Positions 10,714-20,336 of a stretch of DNA of 64,000 bases are shown here, one piece after another. Below the pieces are notes generated by a model that saw only the letters and a list, made by a program, of their open reading frames with translations, did not search any database and had not been told where the DNA came from. Position 1 is the first letter of the stretch; each line of letters begins with the position of its first letter. The stretch is from Bacteroidota bacterium. Lineage in GTDB: Bacteria; Bacteroidota; Bacteroidia; NS11-12g; UBA9320. The stretch covers positions 54,590-118,589 of the forward strand of contig JAIBDD010000002.1 in the NCBI GenBank assembly GCA_024679565.1. Reading direction: 5' to 3'. The translations under genes and the position numbers were made by a program.

Positions 10714-12636
10714 TTAGCTCTTACGCTTAAGCCCTAAAATTTCTTCAATACTATTCGAAGAAACCGCATGATATCCGGGCTTCGCCAATTCATACACGCG
10801 CTTTGCCCATTCTTTACCATCTTCCGTTTTCACTAAAGCTTCGTACAATGGCGACAAGAACTTTCGACGACCTACAGAAGTAAGGAAGCTTTCCATATTA
10901 TCGTAGGCGGGTTCATATTGAACGGCTATGCAGTGTTGAAACCAGTCACAGAGTATTTCATTATTCCCACTGTTTGTCAAATCAAACACGTTATCCAACT
11001 CGGCCACTTGATTCACATCTAACTTATCCTTCAGCCCTCTCAAAAAGTATAACCAATGGTGGGTTGTCCAGTTTTCGGTTAAAAGTTCGTCTGCCTGATC
11101 CCCGTTCATAAATTTAAGTATTTCCACCTCTACTTTTTCCAGCTCACCCGATTCAGGATTCGGTGCTGACGAAGGAAGGCCCGGACCATAAATCCATTCT
11201 TTAGGCTGGATTTTGGCATACAAATTTGAATCCCCTTTTAACAAATGTTTATCTAAGTAAGCCTCAAACTTCGCTGTGTTCATTGACTTAAAGGCATTTT
11301 CTGAAAAATACTGCTTTAAGAAAACGTCAAATTTTTCTCGGCCAACAGCGAATTCGATTGTTTGAAGAAAGAAGCGCCCTTTTTCGTAAGCAATATCCGT
11401 CAAACCATCATCAGGATTTCTTCCTGTTAATTCCAAATACAAATGGGTATCGTCCACCTTGTTTTCTCTCGTCAGGCGCTCTATAGTGTGCTGTAACTCT
11501 CCCATACCAAGCTTGGTTTGCATCTCTTCATAAGGTTTGCCGAAGATTTTTTCCATAATCCTTTGCTCAAAATAAACCGTGAAACCTTCGTTCAACCAAA
11601 AGTCATCCCATGTTTCGTTGGTTACCAAATTTCCTGACCACGAATGGGCAAGCTCATGTGCTATCAACGCTACTAAACTTCTATCACCCGCAATAATTGT
11701 AGGTGTTGCGAATGTCAAACGCGGGTTCTCCATTCCACCAAATGGGAAACTTGGAGGAAGAACAACTACATCATATTGACCCCAAGCATACTTGCCATAT
11801 AATGCCTCGGCACTGTCGATCATACTTTGCATATCTTGAAATTCCCAAACGCATTTCTTTAACATACTAGGCTCGGCATAAACGCCGCAGTTTCTGCCCA
11901 ATTGTTCGTACTCCAAATCACCTACGGTTAACGCCAACAAATAGGACGAGACTGGTTGGTTCATTGTAAAAGAATATACGCCGTCTTTGGTCTTCTTTTG
12001 TCCATTCTCAGCGCTCATTAAGGCAATTAAATCAGGTAGTGTCGTAATACTCGCGCTATAAGTAAACTTAACACCTGGGCTGTCTTGACACGGAATCCAT
12101 GTGCGCGCTAGTATCGCTTGAGACTGACTAAATAAATACGGGTGCTTCCCACCAGCGGTTTGCTGTGGCTTTAACCATTGCAATGCCTCAGCAGAAGGGT
12201 CAGTTTCGTAAAAGATTGTGACGCTCTTGGTCTTCTTTTTTAGGTTTATGGCTAAATCTTGTCCAAAATATTCTACATCCTCGGAGAGCAAGAACTCTGC
12301 CTCACTACCGTCGTTCAGAAGTATTTTTTCGATATTCAGTTGACGACTATCAAGATGCAAAACAGTTGCATTTGTTTTTCGGTCTAAGTCAAGACGTACG
12401 CTGCCTTTAAGTACTCTTTTCTCAAAGTCTACGGCTAAGTCTAGATGCATATGACGTACCGAGACTTCATGCGGATTGCTGAAGGAATGCGCGTCGGCTG
12501 TCACCTCCATTGATTCGGCTGTTGACCCCTGACTGGATTCGGTATTTAAAGCGGTATTGTTTTTGCAACTATTAAGTAAAGGTAGTGAAAGTAAGATCAG
12601 GCTTGAACTTACGGTGAGTCTAGTAATTCTGTTCAT
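10714..12636 (-). CDS. M1 family zinc aminopeptidase (leukotriene A4 hydrolase / cold-active aminopeptidase-like) lipoprotein
   Basis: GGMEN exopeptidase motif and HELAHSWSGN...NEGFTVY zinc site (HExxH...E). Start set at MNRITRL..LLNSC (lipobox) at 12636. Confidence 0.85.
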   Translation of the reverse strand: MNRITRLTVSSSLILLSLPLLNSCKNNTALNTESSQGSTAESMEVTADAHSFSNPHEVSVRHMHLDLAVDFEKRVLKGSVRLDLDRKTNATVLHLDSRQLNIEKILLNDGSEAEFLLSEDVEYFGQDLAINLKKKTKSVTIFYETDPSAEALQWLKPQQTAGGKHPYLFSQSQAILARTWIPCQDSPGVKFTYSASITTLPDLIALMSAENGQKKTKDGVYSFTMNQPVSSYLLALTVGDLEYEQLGRNCGVYAEPSMLKKCVWEFQDMQSMIDSAEALYGKYAWGQYDVVVLPPSFPFGGMENPRLTFATPTIIAGDRSLVALIAHELAHSWSGNLVTNETWDDFWLNEGFTVYFEQRIMEKIFGKPYEEMQTKLGMGELQHTIERLTRENKVDDTHLYLELTGRNPDDGLTDIAYEKGRFFLQTIEFAVGREKFDVFLKQYFSENAFKSMNTAKFEAYLDKHLLKGDSNLYAKIQPKEWIYGPGLPSSAPNPESGELEKVEVEILKFMNGDQADELLTENWTTHHWLYFLRGLKDKLDVNQVAELDNVFDLTNSGNNEILCDWFQHCIAVQYEPAYDNMESFLTSVGRRKFLSPLYEALVKTEDGKEWAKRVYELAKPGYHAVSSNSIEEILGLKRKS

Positions 12637-12766
12637 TCTTATCGATAACTTGAGGTCAAATATAGCATCACTACAATAAAACAATGTTTATAACGTTCAT
12701 TGCGTAACCGAAAATTTAATTACGCAAAGTGAACTATATGTATAATTTTGCACAACTTGTTAAGAA

Positions 12767-13618
12767 ATGAAAAAGATTTATAAAATTAAACCACTACAAG
12801 GACAAACATGGCTAAGAAGGTTTAGCCTATTGTTGACTTTGTTATGCAGCTTGGCTTTTATTTCTAATGCTCAAGACGACGAATACTCTGATGACTACTC
12901 TGACGATTATTCTTCCGACTACTCTGAAGACTATGAAGACGATTACTCTGGAGACAGCAGTGACGAATACTCTGAAGATGGTGATTACGGTGATGACTAC
13001 GGAGATGATGACTTTGGAGATGCATTCGGTAGTAGCAAACGTGAAGAGTACGTTCCAAAGAAAATCATTCGTAAACCCTACATAAGATTTGTTCCTCCTT
13101 ACGACTCCTCACGCGAGCTTGTATTATACAAAGCGGTTATAGAGGTTATGGACCGAGACGGTTATGAAGTAGAAATTGACACAATCCGTTTTCGTACGAA
13201 TCAATGGTTAGAAGCTGAATTCGGTAAGAACTTGAAAAAGTTTTTAACGATGGATGGCATTAATGATGCTGCTGGAGAAAACGAACACAAAATAACGATA
13301 CATGGTGCATTCCCTTGTGAAATTCAACCAAATGAATTTACAACGGTTACTGAAGGAATGGTAGAGTATGACATGGAAATACGTGTTAGAGACGGTAGAT
13401 ACCGTTATACGGTTAAAAACCTTGTTCATATCGCCGAGCCTCGTCCAGGGGAGAAAGAAGGTGAAAGAACATACTTTGAGTACCTGATGAAAAGTGAAGA
13501 CGATGTTAGAGCGGGTGATAGAATTTTAGTCGCTGCTGATAAGAAAATCAACTCCATGATGACTGAGTTACGGAAAACTTGTCAAACAAATCCTATCGAA
13601 GAAGATGATGACTGGTAG
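12767..13618 (+). CDS. secreted protein with N-terminal Asp/Tyr/Ser-rich low-complexity region
   Basis: Signal peptide (..LAFISNAQ), then ~50 aa of DDYS/DEYS/GDDY repeats and a ~190-aa globular C-terminal domain. No enzymatic motif recognised. Confidence 0.6.
   Translation: MKKIYKIKPLQGQTWLRRFSLLLTLLCSLAFISNAQDDEYSDDYSDDYSSDYSEDYEDDYSGDSSDEYSEDGDYGDDYGDDDFGDAFGSSKREEYVPKKIIRKPYIRFVPPYDSSRELVLYKAVIEVMDRDGYEVEIDTIRFRTNQWLEAEFGKNLKKFLTMDGINDAAGENEHKITIHGAFPCEIQPNEFTTVTEGMVEYDMEIRVRDGRYRYTVKNLVHIAEPRPGEKEGERTYFEYLMKSEDDVRAGDRILVAADKKINSMMTELRKTCQTNPIEEDDDW
12875..13020 (+). repeat. short in-frame tandem repeat (gat gac tac tct variants) encoding the DDYS-rich tract
   Basis: Direct reading: gacgacgaatactct gatgactactct gacgattattct tccgactactct gaagactatgaa gacgattactct... 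Confidence 0.7.
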
Positions 13619-13645
13619 ACAATAATTCTATGAAAAATATTGATA

Positions 13646-13682
13646 CCCCTATGTCAACAATCAATTGGCATAGGGTTTTTTT
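13646..13682 (+). terminator. rho-independent terminator
   Basis: Stem ccctatg / cataggg with a 15-nt loop, followed by a run of seven T. Confidence 0.65.
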
Positions 13683-14189
13683 ATGTCTAAACTTTGTGTC
13701 AACAAAAGAATAAAAATCATGAGTAACACAGTAATGGGTCTTGACAAAGTAGGTGTAGAGCGGGTGGTAAACCGATTGAATGATCTCCTTTCATCGTATC
13801 AAATTTTTTATCAAAACTTGCGTGGGTATCATTGGAACATTATCGGAAAAGACTTCTTTGAATTACATCTAAAATTTGAAGAATTCTACAATAACGCCCA
13901 AATAAAAATCGATGAAATCGCAGAGCGTGTGCTCACTTTAGAAGCAACGCCACTGCACAGCTTTAACCAATATACCAAGCATGCAAAGATTAGTGCACAC
14001 GAAAATGTGACTGATGGCTCAGAAGCGGTTAATCAAATTAAAATTCAGTTAGAACAGCTGGTTATTCAACAAAGAGAAACGCTTGAAATCGCAGAAGATA
14101 ACAAAGACATTGCTACCTCTGATTTAATGACGCAATACATATCAGAACAGGAAAAAACAATTTGGATGTTAAAGTCCTTTTTGTCGTAG
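13683..14189 (+). CDS. dps: Dps family DNA-binding ferritin-like protein
   Basis: LRGYHWNIIGKDFFELHLKFEEFYN...IDEIAERV is the Dps ferroxidase-centre region. Alternative start at 13719 gives 157 aa. Confidence 0.8.
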   Translation: MSKLCVNKRIKIMSNTVMGLDKVGVERVVNRLNDLLSSYQIFYQNLRGYHWNIIGKDFFELHLKFEEFYNNAQIKIDEIAERVLTLEATPLHSFNQYTKHAKISAHENVTDGSEAVNQIKIQLEQLVIQQRETLEIAEDNKDIATSDLMTQYISEQEKTIWMLKSFLS

Positions 14190-14190
14190 C

Positions 14191-15033
14191 CTATTTGTTA
14201 CGCATATTTTTAACGGCGCGCCAAATAATTGGCGGCATCCAGTTGCTTGCAAAGTTTACAATGGAATTGTACTTGCGCATACCCTTCTCGCTCTCCACTC
14301 CTTTTCTGTCTACAAACAGCGTTGTGTGGTCTTCTAATCCTTCATTCACTTCATGTGATGGACGACCATTGGTGTAGTAGTATAGCGCCAGTGACCTTCG
14401 ACTTCTGTCTTCAGGACAACTTAACTTATCTGGGTGTCCGTGGTATGAAAAATCTGTGGTCGAGAACATAGCCATTCGGTTAAATAAGGGCAATATTTTC
14501 TTCTCACCAACAGTCATGTCTTCGTTCCAAAGCTCAAAGTGTCCGCCATATTCTTCCTTCCAGTCTTTGTTCAGATATACCAAAACATTCAACCTTCTAT
14601 CTAAGCCAGTGCGTTTGTTTTTATTAAAATCAGCGTGGACTTTCAAAAACCCACCGCGTTTAATTTGGTGACAGCCTCCACCTTCGAAATACGGATCTCC
14701 TAGTAAATCTTCGATACCCGTAAGTTCCGAAAGAAAATTTAGAAAAGGTTCTGAGTTTAAAAAGTGCATAAACACTTTGGTAGCCTTCCCAAATCTGTCT
14801 TCTCCGCGTGAAGCAAGCTTTACCTCATTAGGCGTTTTATACTGAATATCCCCCTTATCACCCATATCTGGAAACTCAGATAATACCAATGATAAAAATT
14901 CCGAATTAAAGAAATCATCAAAATAAATATTTGGGAAAGGAGAGTTAGATGAATAGGCGCTTTTATAGTGACTTGCAAGTCCCATTAATTCGTCATATTC
15001 GATGTCTAACACTTTATATTCTCCGATATACAT
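14191..15033 (-). CDS. 2OG-Fe(II) oxygenase superfamily protein (putative)
   Basis: HxD...H-like arrangement (KVHADFN ... FSYHGHPD) and jelly-roll-like composition. Family assignment is tentative. Confidence 0.45.
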   Translation of the reverse strand: MYIGEYKVLDIEYDELMGLASHYKSAYSSNSPFPNIYFDDFFNSEFLSLVLSEFPDMGDKGDIQYKTPNEVKLASRGEDRFGKATKVFMHFLNSEPFLNFLSELTGIEDLLGDPYFEGGGCHQIKRGGFLKVHADFNKNKRTGLDRRLNVLVYLNKDWKEEYGGHFELWNEDMTVGEKKILPLFNRMAMFSTTDFSYHGHPDKLSCPEDRSRRSLALYYYTNGRPSHEVNEGLEDHTTLFVDRKGVESEKGMRKYNSIVNFASNWMPPIIWRAVKNMRNK

Positions 15034-15070
15034 ACATTAGCTTTAAGGTGTAAAAAAAAGAAATATTTTT

Positions 15071-18000
15071 GTGACAACAAAGACACGTACGAATATGATA
15101 CAATATAAGTTGTGGAACAACATACTGGGATGGATAAGTTTCGCGATCGCGATGGTCGTTTACTCAATGACTGTTGAGCCATCGGTACCCTTATGGGATT
15201 GCGGCGAGTTTATCTCTGCTTCATACAGTTTACAAGTAGTTCACCCTCCTGGTGCTCCACTTTTCTTGCTTTTGGGGCGTTTGTTTTCTTTGTTTGCGCC
15301 AAGTGCCGAACATGTAGCACTTGCCGTTAATATGTTATCGGTTGTTGCCAGTGCATTGACTGTTGGTTTTACTTTTTGGATCACCACACATTTTGCAGTA
15401 AAGGCATTACACCTGAACGTTCAAAACCCAACCGTGTCTGTTGAAAATAGCATGACCATCTTTGGATCGGGCTTGATTGCAGCATTAGCCTTAACGTTTA
15501 TGGATACTTTCTGGTTCAGTGCAGTTGAAGCAGAAGTATACGCTTCCTCCTCTTTGTTTACAGCCTTATCGTTTTGGGGAATATTAAAGTGGGAGACAAA
15601 CAAGGACAAACCAAAATCAAATCGTTGGTTGGTATTTATAGCCTACACCATTGGTTTATCAATAGGACTTCACTTACTTAACTTACTGGTTATGCCAGCG
15701 GTAGTGTTATACTACTTCTTTAACCAATATGAAGTAAACCGAATGAATGTAATTCGTGCTTTAGGTATTGGAGCGGGTTCATTGGTATTTATTAACTGGG
15801 GATTGATTCCTGGGGTACCAAAAATCGCTGCATTCTTCGACAAGATTTTTGTAAACAGCCTCGGTTTACCGTTCAACTCTGGTGTATTGTTCGCAGTTGC
15901 ATTGGTAATAGGCTTGATAATCTTTGGTATTCGATATACGATCATTAATAAAAAGCCATTACTCAACTTAGTGATGTTGTGTACAACGTTTATTTTAATT
16001 GGTTATAGTTCATATTCAATGGTAGTAATTCGTTCGTTGGCCGAACCAGCAATTGACATGAACGATCCTGAAGATGCCTACAGTTTATTAAGCTATATTC
16101 AACGTGAACAATATGGTGATCGTCCATTATTTAAAGGCCCATACTACAACGCACGTTTGAAGCCACCTTATTACAAAGAAGGTTCTGCTCAATATCGAAA
16201 TGGTATAGACAGTGAAGGAAAGCCAGAATATGTAAAAACTGGAAACCGAACTGAGTATGTTTGGGACGATAGATACCTTACCAATTTCCCACGTATGGGT
16301 GATTTAACCGACAAGAATAAAGGGTACAAGTATTGGTATAAGGAACGTGAAAAAACCGACGGAAACGGGAATAAAGAAATAGTTACGCCTGACTTTAAAG
16401 ACAACATTGGGTTCATGATGAACTACCAACTGGGCTGGATGTATTGGCGATATTTCTTCTGGAATTTTGGTGGAAGACAAAGTGACATTCAAAACGTCGA
16501 CAATAACATTTTTGAAGGCAACTGGATGAGTGGTATAGGTGCATTCGACAATCGTCGTATTGGACCACAAGACAATATTCCTGCTTCTTTGTCAAGCAAT
16601 AAAGCACGAAACAAGTACTACCTCATTCCATTCTTCCTAGGATTAATTGGGATATTCTTTCAGTTCACTCGACAGAAATTGGACGCAACCGTTGTTCTTG
16701 CACTATTTGTGTTTACAGGAATGATGATTGTAATTTATCTGAATCAACCGCCTTTAGAACCAAGAGAACGGGATTACACCAACGTTGGGTCGTATCAAAC
16801 TTTCTGTATTTGGATTGGTTTGGCTGTATTGGCCATTGCCGAAGCGCTAAAGAAGTATATAAATGGGAAATTAGCAGCTGTAGTTGCTATTCTGGTTTGT
16901 GCTACGGCACCTTACCTAATGGGGTCACAAAACTGGGACGACCATGACCGTTCTGACAGATACTTGGGTATCAGTTTTGCAAAAAACTACTTAAACTCCT
17001 GTGACGAAAACGCCATTTTATTTACCAATGGTGATAACGATACGTATCCATTGTGGTACGCACAAAACGTAGAAGGGTACAGAACTGATGTAAGGGTGAT
17101 TAACCTAAGTCTTTTAAGTACCGAATACTACGCTCAAGCACTTACAAGAAAGTACTATGGATCAGAACCATTGCCTTTGAGTATTATACCTAGTGATAAA
17201 TTAAAAGACGGCGAGCGCGAAAGCTTAGCATGGAAAAAAGACAATCCATTCTTTAACTCAACGGATTACTACAACCTGGCAACAGTGCTAAAATTTATGA
17301 TTAGCGACGACGACAGACACAAAGCTGCCTCGAATCCTGTAAAGCCAAGCGAGTTAGAAAACTACCTACCAAGCCGGAATGTAATTGTACCTGTAGACAA
17401 AGACGCAGTGCTTAAATCAGGTATGTTAGAAGAAAAGGATACGGGTAAAATAGTAGATAATATCCAGTTCAATTTAGGTTCTCGATTGATGAAAGGAAGT
17501 ATTGTAATGCTTGATATAATCGCTTCCAATGCTGCAAATGGCTGGGAACGACCAATCTACTTTACAACAACAACTGGAGACGACACCTACGCTGGTTTGG
17601 AATCATACTTCCGACATGAAGGTTTGACTTATCGACTTGTTCCGATGAAACACAATTGGGATCAATATAGAGGCCTCGTTGATAAAGAATTAATTTATAA
17701 AAGGTTAATGAAAGACTTCACTTGGGGCAATATGGATAAGGGCACTATGTTCTTAGACCACAAAGCCACCCTAGTGCCTCGTAACCTTAGAATTCTATTC
17801 GTTCAGGTTGCTCAGCAATACTCTAGTGAAGGAGATACGGCTAAAGCCAAAGAATTACTTCTTGAATCGTTACGTGTTATTCCAGAATCAGTATTACCGA
17901 TGGATGTTTACGTTCGATCGTACTACATAGAAATGCTTAATACGAGCGGAGACTTAGAAACAGCCAAAATGTTGTTAGACCGAAGTGTGAATCAAATCAC

Positions 18001-18184
18001 AGAGGAAATGGCATACTATCGTAAACTGGCAACCAATAAGGACCGAAAATTTAAGAAAATTGGTAAACAAAAGTTAGAATCTACTGCACGAGACTTACAG
18101 CAAAATATTGGCATCGCAACACGAATGAGTGATTCGACAGCTGTCAATACGTTGTCTAATTTGCAGAGTACTTTTAGCAGATAA
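15071..18184 (+). CDS. DUF2723 family large polytopic membrane protein (putative glycosyltransferase-like)
   Basis: 1037 aa. N-terminus VEPSVPLWDCGEFISASYSLQVVHPPGAPLF matches the conserved DUF2723 start. Many TM helices, then a large soluble C-terminal domain. Confidence 0.75.
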   Translation: MTTKTRTNMIQYKLWNNILGWISFAIAMVVYSMTVEPSVPLWDCGEFISASYSLQVVHPPGAPLFLLLGRLFSLFAPSAEHVALAVNMLSVVASALTVGFTFWITTHFAVKALHLNVQNPTVSVENSMTIFGSGLIAALALTFMDTFWFSAVEAEVYASSSLFTALSFWGILKWETNKDKPKSNRWLVFIAYTIGLSIGLHLLNLLVMPAVVLYYFFNQYEVNRMNVIRALGIGAGSLVFINWGLIPGVPKIAAFFDKIFVNSLGLPFNSGVLFAVALVIGLIIFGIRYTIINKKPLLNLVMLCTTFILIGYSSYSMVVIRSLAEPAIDMNDPEDAYSLLSYIQREQYGDRPLFKGPYYNARLKPPYYKEGSAQYRNGIDSEGKPEYVKTGNRTEYVWDDRYLTNFPRMGDLTDKNKGYKYWYKEREKTDGNGNKEIVTPDFKDNIGFMMNYQLGWMYWRYFFWNFGGRQSDIQNVDNNIFEGNWMSGIGAFDNRRIGPQDNIPASLSSNKARNKYYLIPFFLGLIGIFFQFTRQKLDATVVLALFVFTGMMIVIYLNQPPLEPRERDYTNVGSYQTFCIWIGLAVLAIAEALKKYINGKLAAVVAILVCATAPYLMGSQNWDDHDRSDRYLGISFAKNYLNSCDENAILFTNGDNDTYPLWYAQNVEGYRTDVRVINLSLLSTEYYAQALTRKYYGSEPLPLSIIPSDKLKDGERESLAWKKDNPFFNSTDYYNLATVLKFMISDDDRHKAASNPVKPSELENYLPSRNVIVPVDKDAVLKSGMLEEKDTGKIVDNIQFNLGSRLMKGSIVMLDIIASNAANGWERPIYFTTTTGDDTYAGLESYFRHEGLTYRLVPMKHNWDQYRGLVDKELIYKRLMKDFTWGNMDKGTMFLDHKATLVPRNLRILFVQVAQQYSSEGDTAKAKELLLESLRVIPESVLPMDVYVRSYYIEMLNTSGDLETAKMLLDRSVNQITEEMAYYRKLATNKDRKFKKIGKQKLESTARDLQQNIGIATRMSDSTAVNTLSNLQSTFSR

Positions 18185-18219
18185 GAAAAGATCGGCAGTT
18201 TGCCCATCTGCACATTAAC

Positions 18220-18957
18220 ATGGAAAAGAAACCGCAACCAAAGCAGCTGATTTACGGCATTCATGCAGTGCAAGAAGCTATTGAAGCAGGCAAGCAGTTT
18301 GAAAGAATTTACATTTTAAAAACAGACAAAGGCGAAGCTTTGATGGAGCTTAACGCTCTAATTAAAACAAATCGACTCCCGGTTCATCACGTGCCAATCC
18401 ACAAGTTAAACAGATTGTCGCGTGGCAACCATCAGGGTGTTGTTGCCTTTTTGTCTTTGATTCCAAACGTTGAAATTGATGAAATCATCACTCGAGCGTT
18501 CGAAGCAGGTGAAGATCCAAAAATTTTGGTGCTCGATGGAATTACAGATGTACGAAATTTTGGTGCTTTAAGCCGGTCGGCACTGGCATTTGGATTTCAT
18601 GCGGTGGTTGTACCTAATAAAGGTTCAGCGCTAATTCATCAAGACGCAGTAAAAGCTTCAGCCGGTGCGCTGATGAAAATACCTGTCTCCAAATCAATCA
18701 ATCTCAGCCGATCATTGGAAGCGATGAAAGGCTTTGGCTTAAAAGTTATAGGAATAACAGAAAAAGCCTCTGAATCCATTCGCGATATGAAAATAAACGA
18801 GCCTGTTGCGTTGGTATTAGGAAATGAAGAAACGGGATTACATCAAAACAGTTTAGCACTATGTGATGCCACCTATGGTATCGAAATATCGGAAGATATT
18901 GACTCCTTAAATGTGTCGGTTGCAGGAGCAATTGCTATGTTTCAGGCGTCAATTTAG
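18220..18957 (+). CDS. rlmB: 23S rRNA (guanosine-2'-O)-methyltransferase RlmB (SpoU/TrmH family)
   Basis: N-terminal IYGIHAVQEAIEAG, SpoU motifs LVLDGITDVRNFGALSRSA and LVLGNEETGL. Confidence 0.85.
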   Translation: MEKKPQPKQLIYGIHAVQEAIEAGKQFERIYILKTDKGEALMELNALIKTNRLPVHHVPIHKLNRLSRGNHQGVVAFLSLIPNVEIDEIITRAFEAGEDPKILVLDGITDVRNFGALSRSALAFGFHAVVVPNKGSALIHQDAVKASAGALMKIPVSKSINLSRSLEAMKGFGLKVIGITEKASESIRDMKINEPVALVLGNEETGLHQNSLALCDATYGIEISEDIDSLNVSVAGAIAMFQASI

Positions 18958-19147
18958 TGGTTTTGAACACCTTGTATTTCGACTAATTTCATCTCAAAAT
19001 TTCCTCACAATCACATCTAACTGATAACGAGTTAGTTATGCCAGAATTGGCACAGTTCTTGTATTTTAAAACTAAACAAGTTTTTGCTTGTTTTTTTGAA
19101 GTAGAAATTTATTTTCGCGAACAATTGAGACAGATTAATATTATTTT

Positions 19148-19369
19148 ATGTATTGGACTTTAGAACTAGCATCCTATTTAGATGACGCACCTTGGCCAGC
19201 GAGCAAAGATGAGTTAATAGATTATGCCATTCGATCTGGTGCTCCTTTGGAAGTTGTAGAAAACCTACAAGAATTAGAGGATGACGGAGATGCATTTGAA
19301 TCAATCGATGAGGTATGGAGTGAATATCCGACCACAGACGATTATTTCTTTAACGAAGATGAGCTATAA
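19148..19369 (+). CDS. DUF2795 domain small protein
   Basis: 73 aa. YLDDAPWPASKDELIDYAIRSGAP..VVENLQEL is characteristic of DUF2795. Confidence 0.6.
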   Translation: MYWTLELASYLDDAPWPASKDELIDYAIRSGAPLEVVENLQELEDDGDAFESIDEVWSEYPTTDDYFFNEDEL

Positions 19370-19391
19370 ACAGCAGAAACATATTTTGTTG

Positions 19392-19416
19392 AACCGGGCT
19401 TTCGCCCGGTTTTTTT
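19392..19416. terminator. bidirectional terminator hairpin
   Basis: ccgggc-tttc-gcccgg followed by a T-run. The stop of the minus-strand hydrolase gene lies in the T-run. Serves convergent genes. Confidence 0.7.
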
Positions 19417-20086
19417 ATGCCATAAATTCAACAACCTCCTCCACTACATCATCAGACTTTAAACCATTGTTGTGCCCTAAACCTTCAGTTTCCATAAGTT
19501 TACTATTGGTAACTTGCGCAAACGCCTTCACCTCTTCTATGCTTACCTCTGGGTCATCATGGTCACCAATAACAAGTATTTTAGGTAGTTCTTTTACTTC
19601 TTGTATTCTATTGTAGATGGAGTAATAATTAAAGTCTTGGTCAAATTTCGCCCATAAGCGTTTTAACAGCGCTTGTTTCACTTGATTGCTTCCATTTATC
19701 TGCTCCATAAACCTGTTCATTATCGATTCGGCATAAGCTGCAGAATTGGCCACTACCAGCCTATCGACCTTATGCGTGTTTTCTGTCAGAAACAATACAC
19801 TAGCCATTGCGCCTAACGAATGCCCAACAAGTGCATAAACAGTATCGAAGTGATTGACGATAGCCTCTACTGTGGCTTTAAACTCCAGAACATTGGTTGT
19901 TTTACCTTCAGACTTTACATGACCCGGCAAGTCTGGAATCACAACGGTAAAACCTTTTTGCACCAATGGATCGATGAACTTTCTAAAGTGAAAACCTTTG
20001 CTGCTCCAACCATGTACCAAAACCACCACTGGCCCTTTGCCCCAGTACCATGCATTTGTTCTTTTACCCGCGATGGTAAAGCTCAA
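19415..20086 (-). CDS. alpha/beta hydrolase fold protein
   Basis: VVVLVHGWSSKG...LVGHSLGAM nucleophile elbow (GHSLG). 223 aa. Confidence 0.8.
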   Translation of the reverse strand: MSFTIAGKRTNAWYWGKGPVVVLVHGWSSKGFHFRKFIDPLVQKGFTVVIPDLPGHVKSEGKTTNVLEFKATVEAIVNHFDTVYALVGHSLGAMASVLFLTENTHKVDRLVVANSAAYAESIMNRFMEQINGSNQVKQALLKRLWAKFDQDFNYYSIYNRIQEVKELPKILVIGDHDDPEVSIEEVKAFAQVTNSKLMETEGLGHNNGLKSDDVVEEVVEFMA

Positions 20087-20336
20087 CTTGATTCCTTGCC
20101 TTTTTTTCTAGATCTAAAGGATGTGATTTTAGCCTAAATGGCTTGAAGAATAAATAATATGCAAACCTTCCTGCTAAATTGGGGCTTAACCAACCCAAGA
20201 ACTGAACCAATAATTGAATTGCTTTCTGCATTAAATTCTGTTGTATGACAAAGGTGTATTGTTAGCCCCGAAATCTTTGACCAAGTTGGGGTTTATTTTA
20301 CCAGATATACGATGTAGGACAATTGCAGCTATAATC

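Noticed and set aside
19148-19369. DUF2795 small ORF as a toxin/antitoxin component
   Set aside because: There is no partner gene and no nuclease or PIN-like motif. The acidic composition is typical of the stand-alone DUF2795 family.
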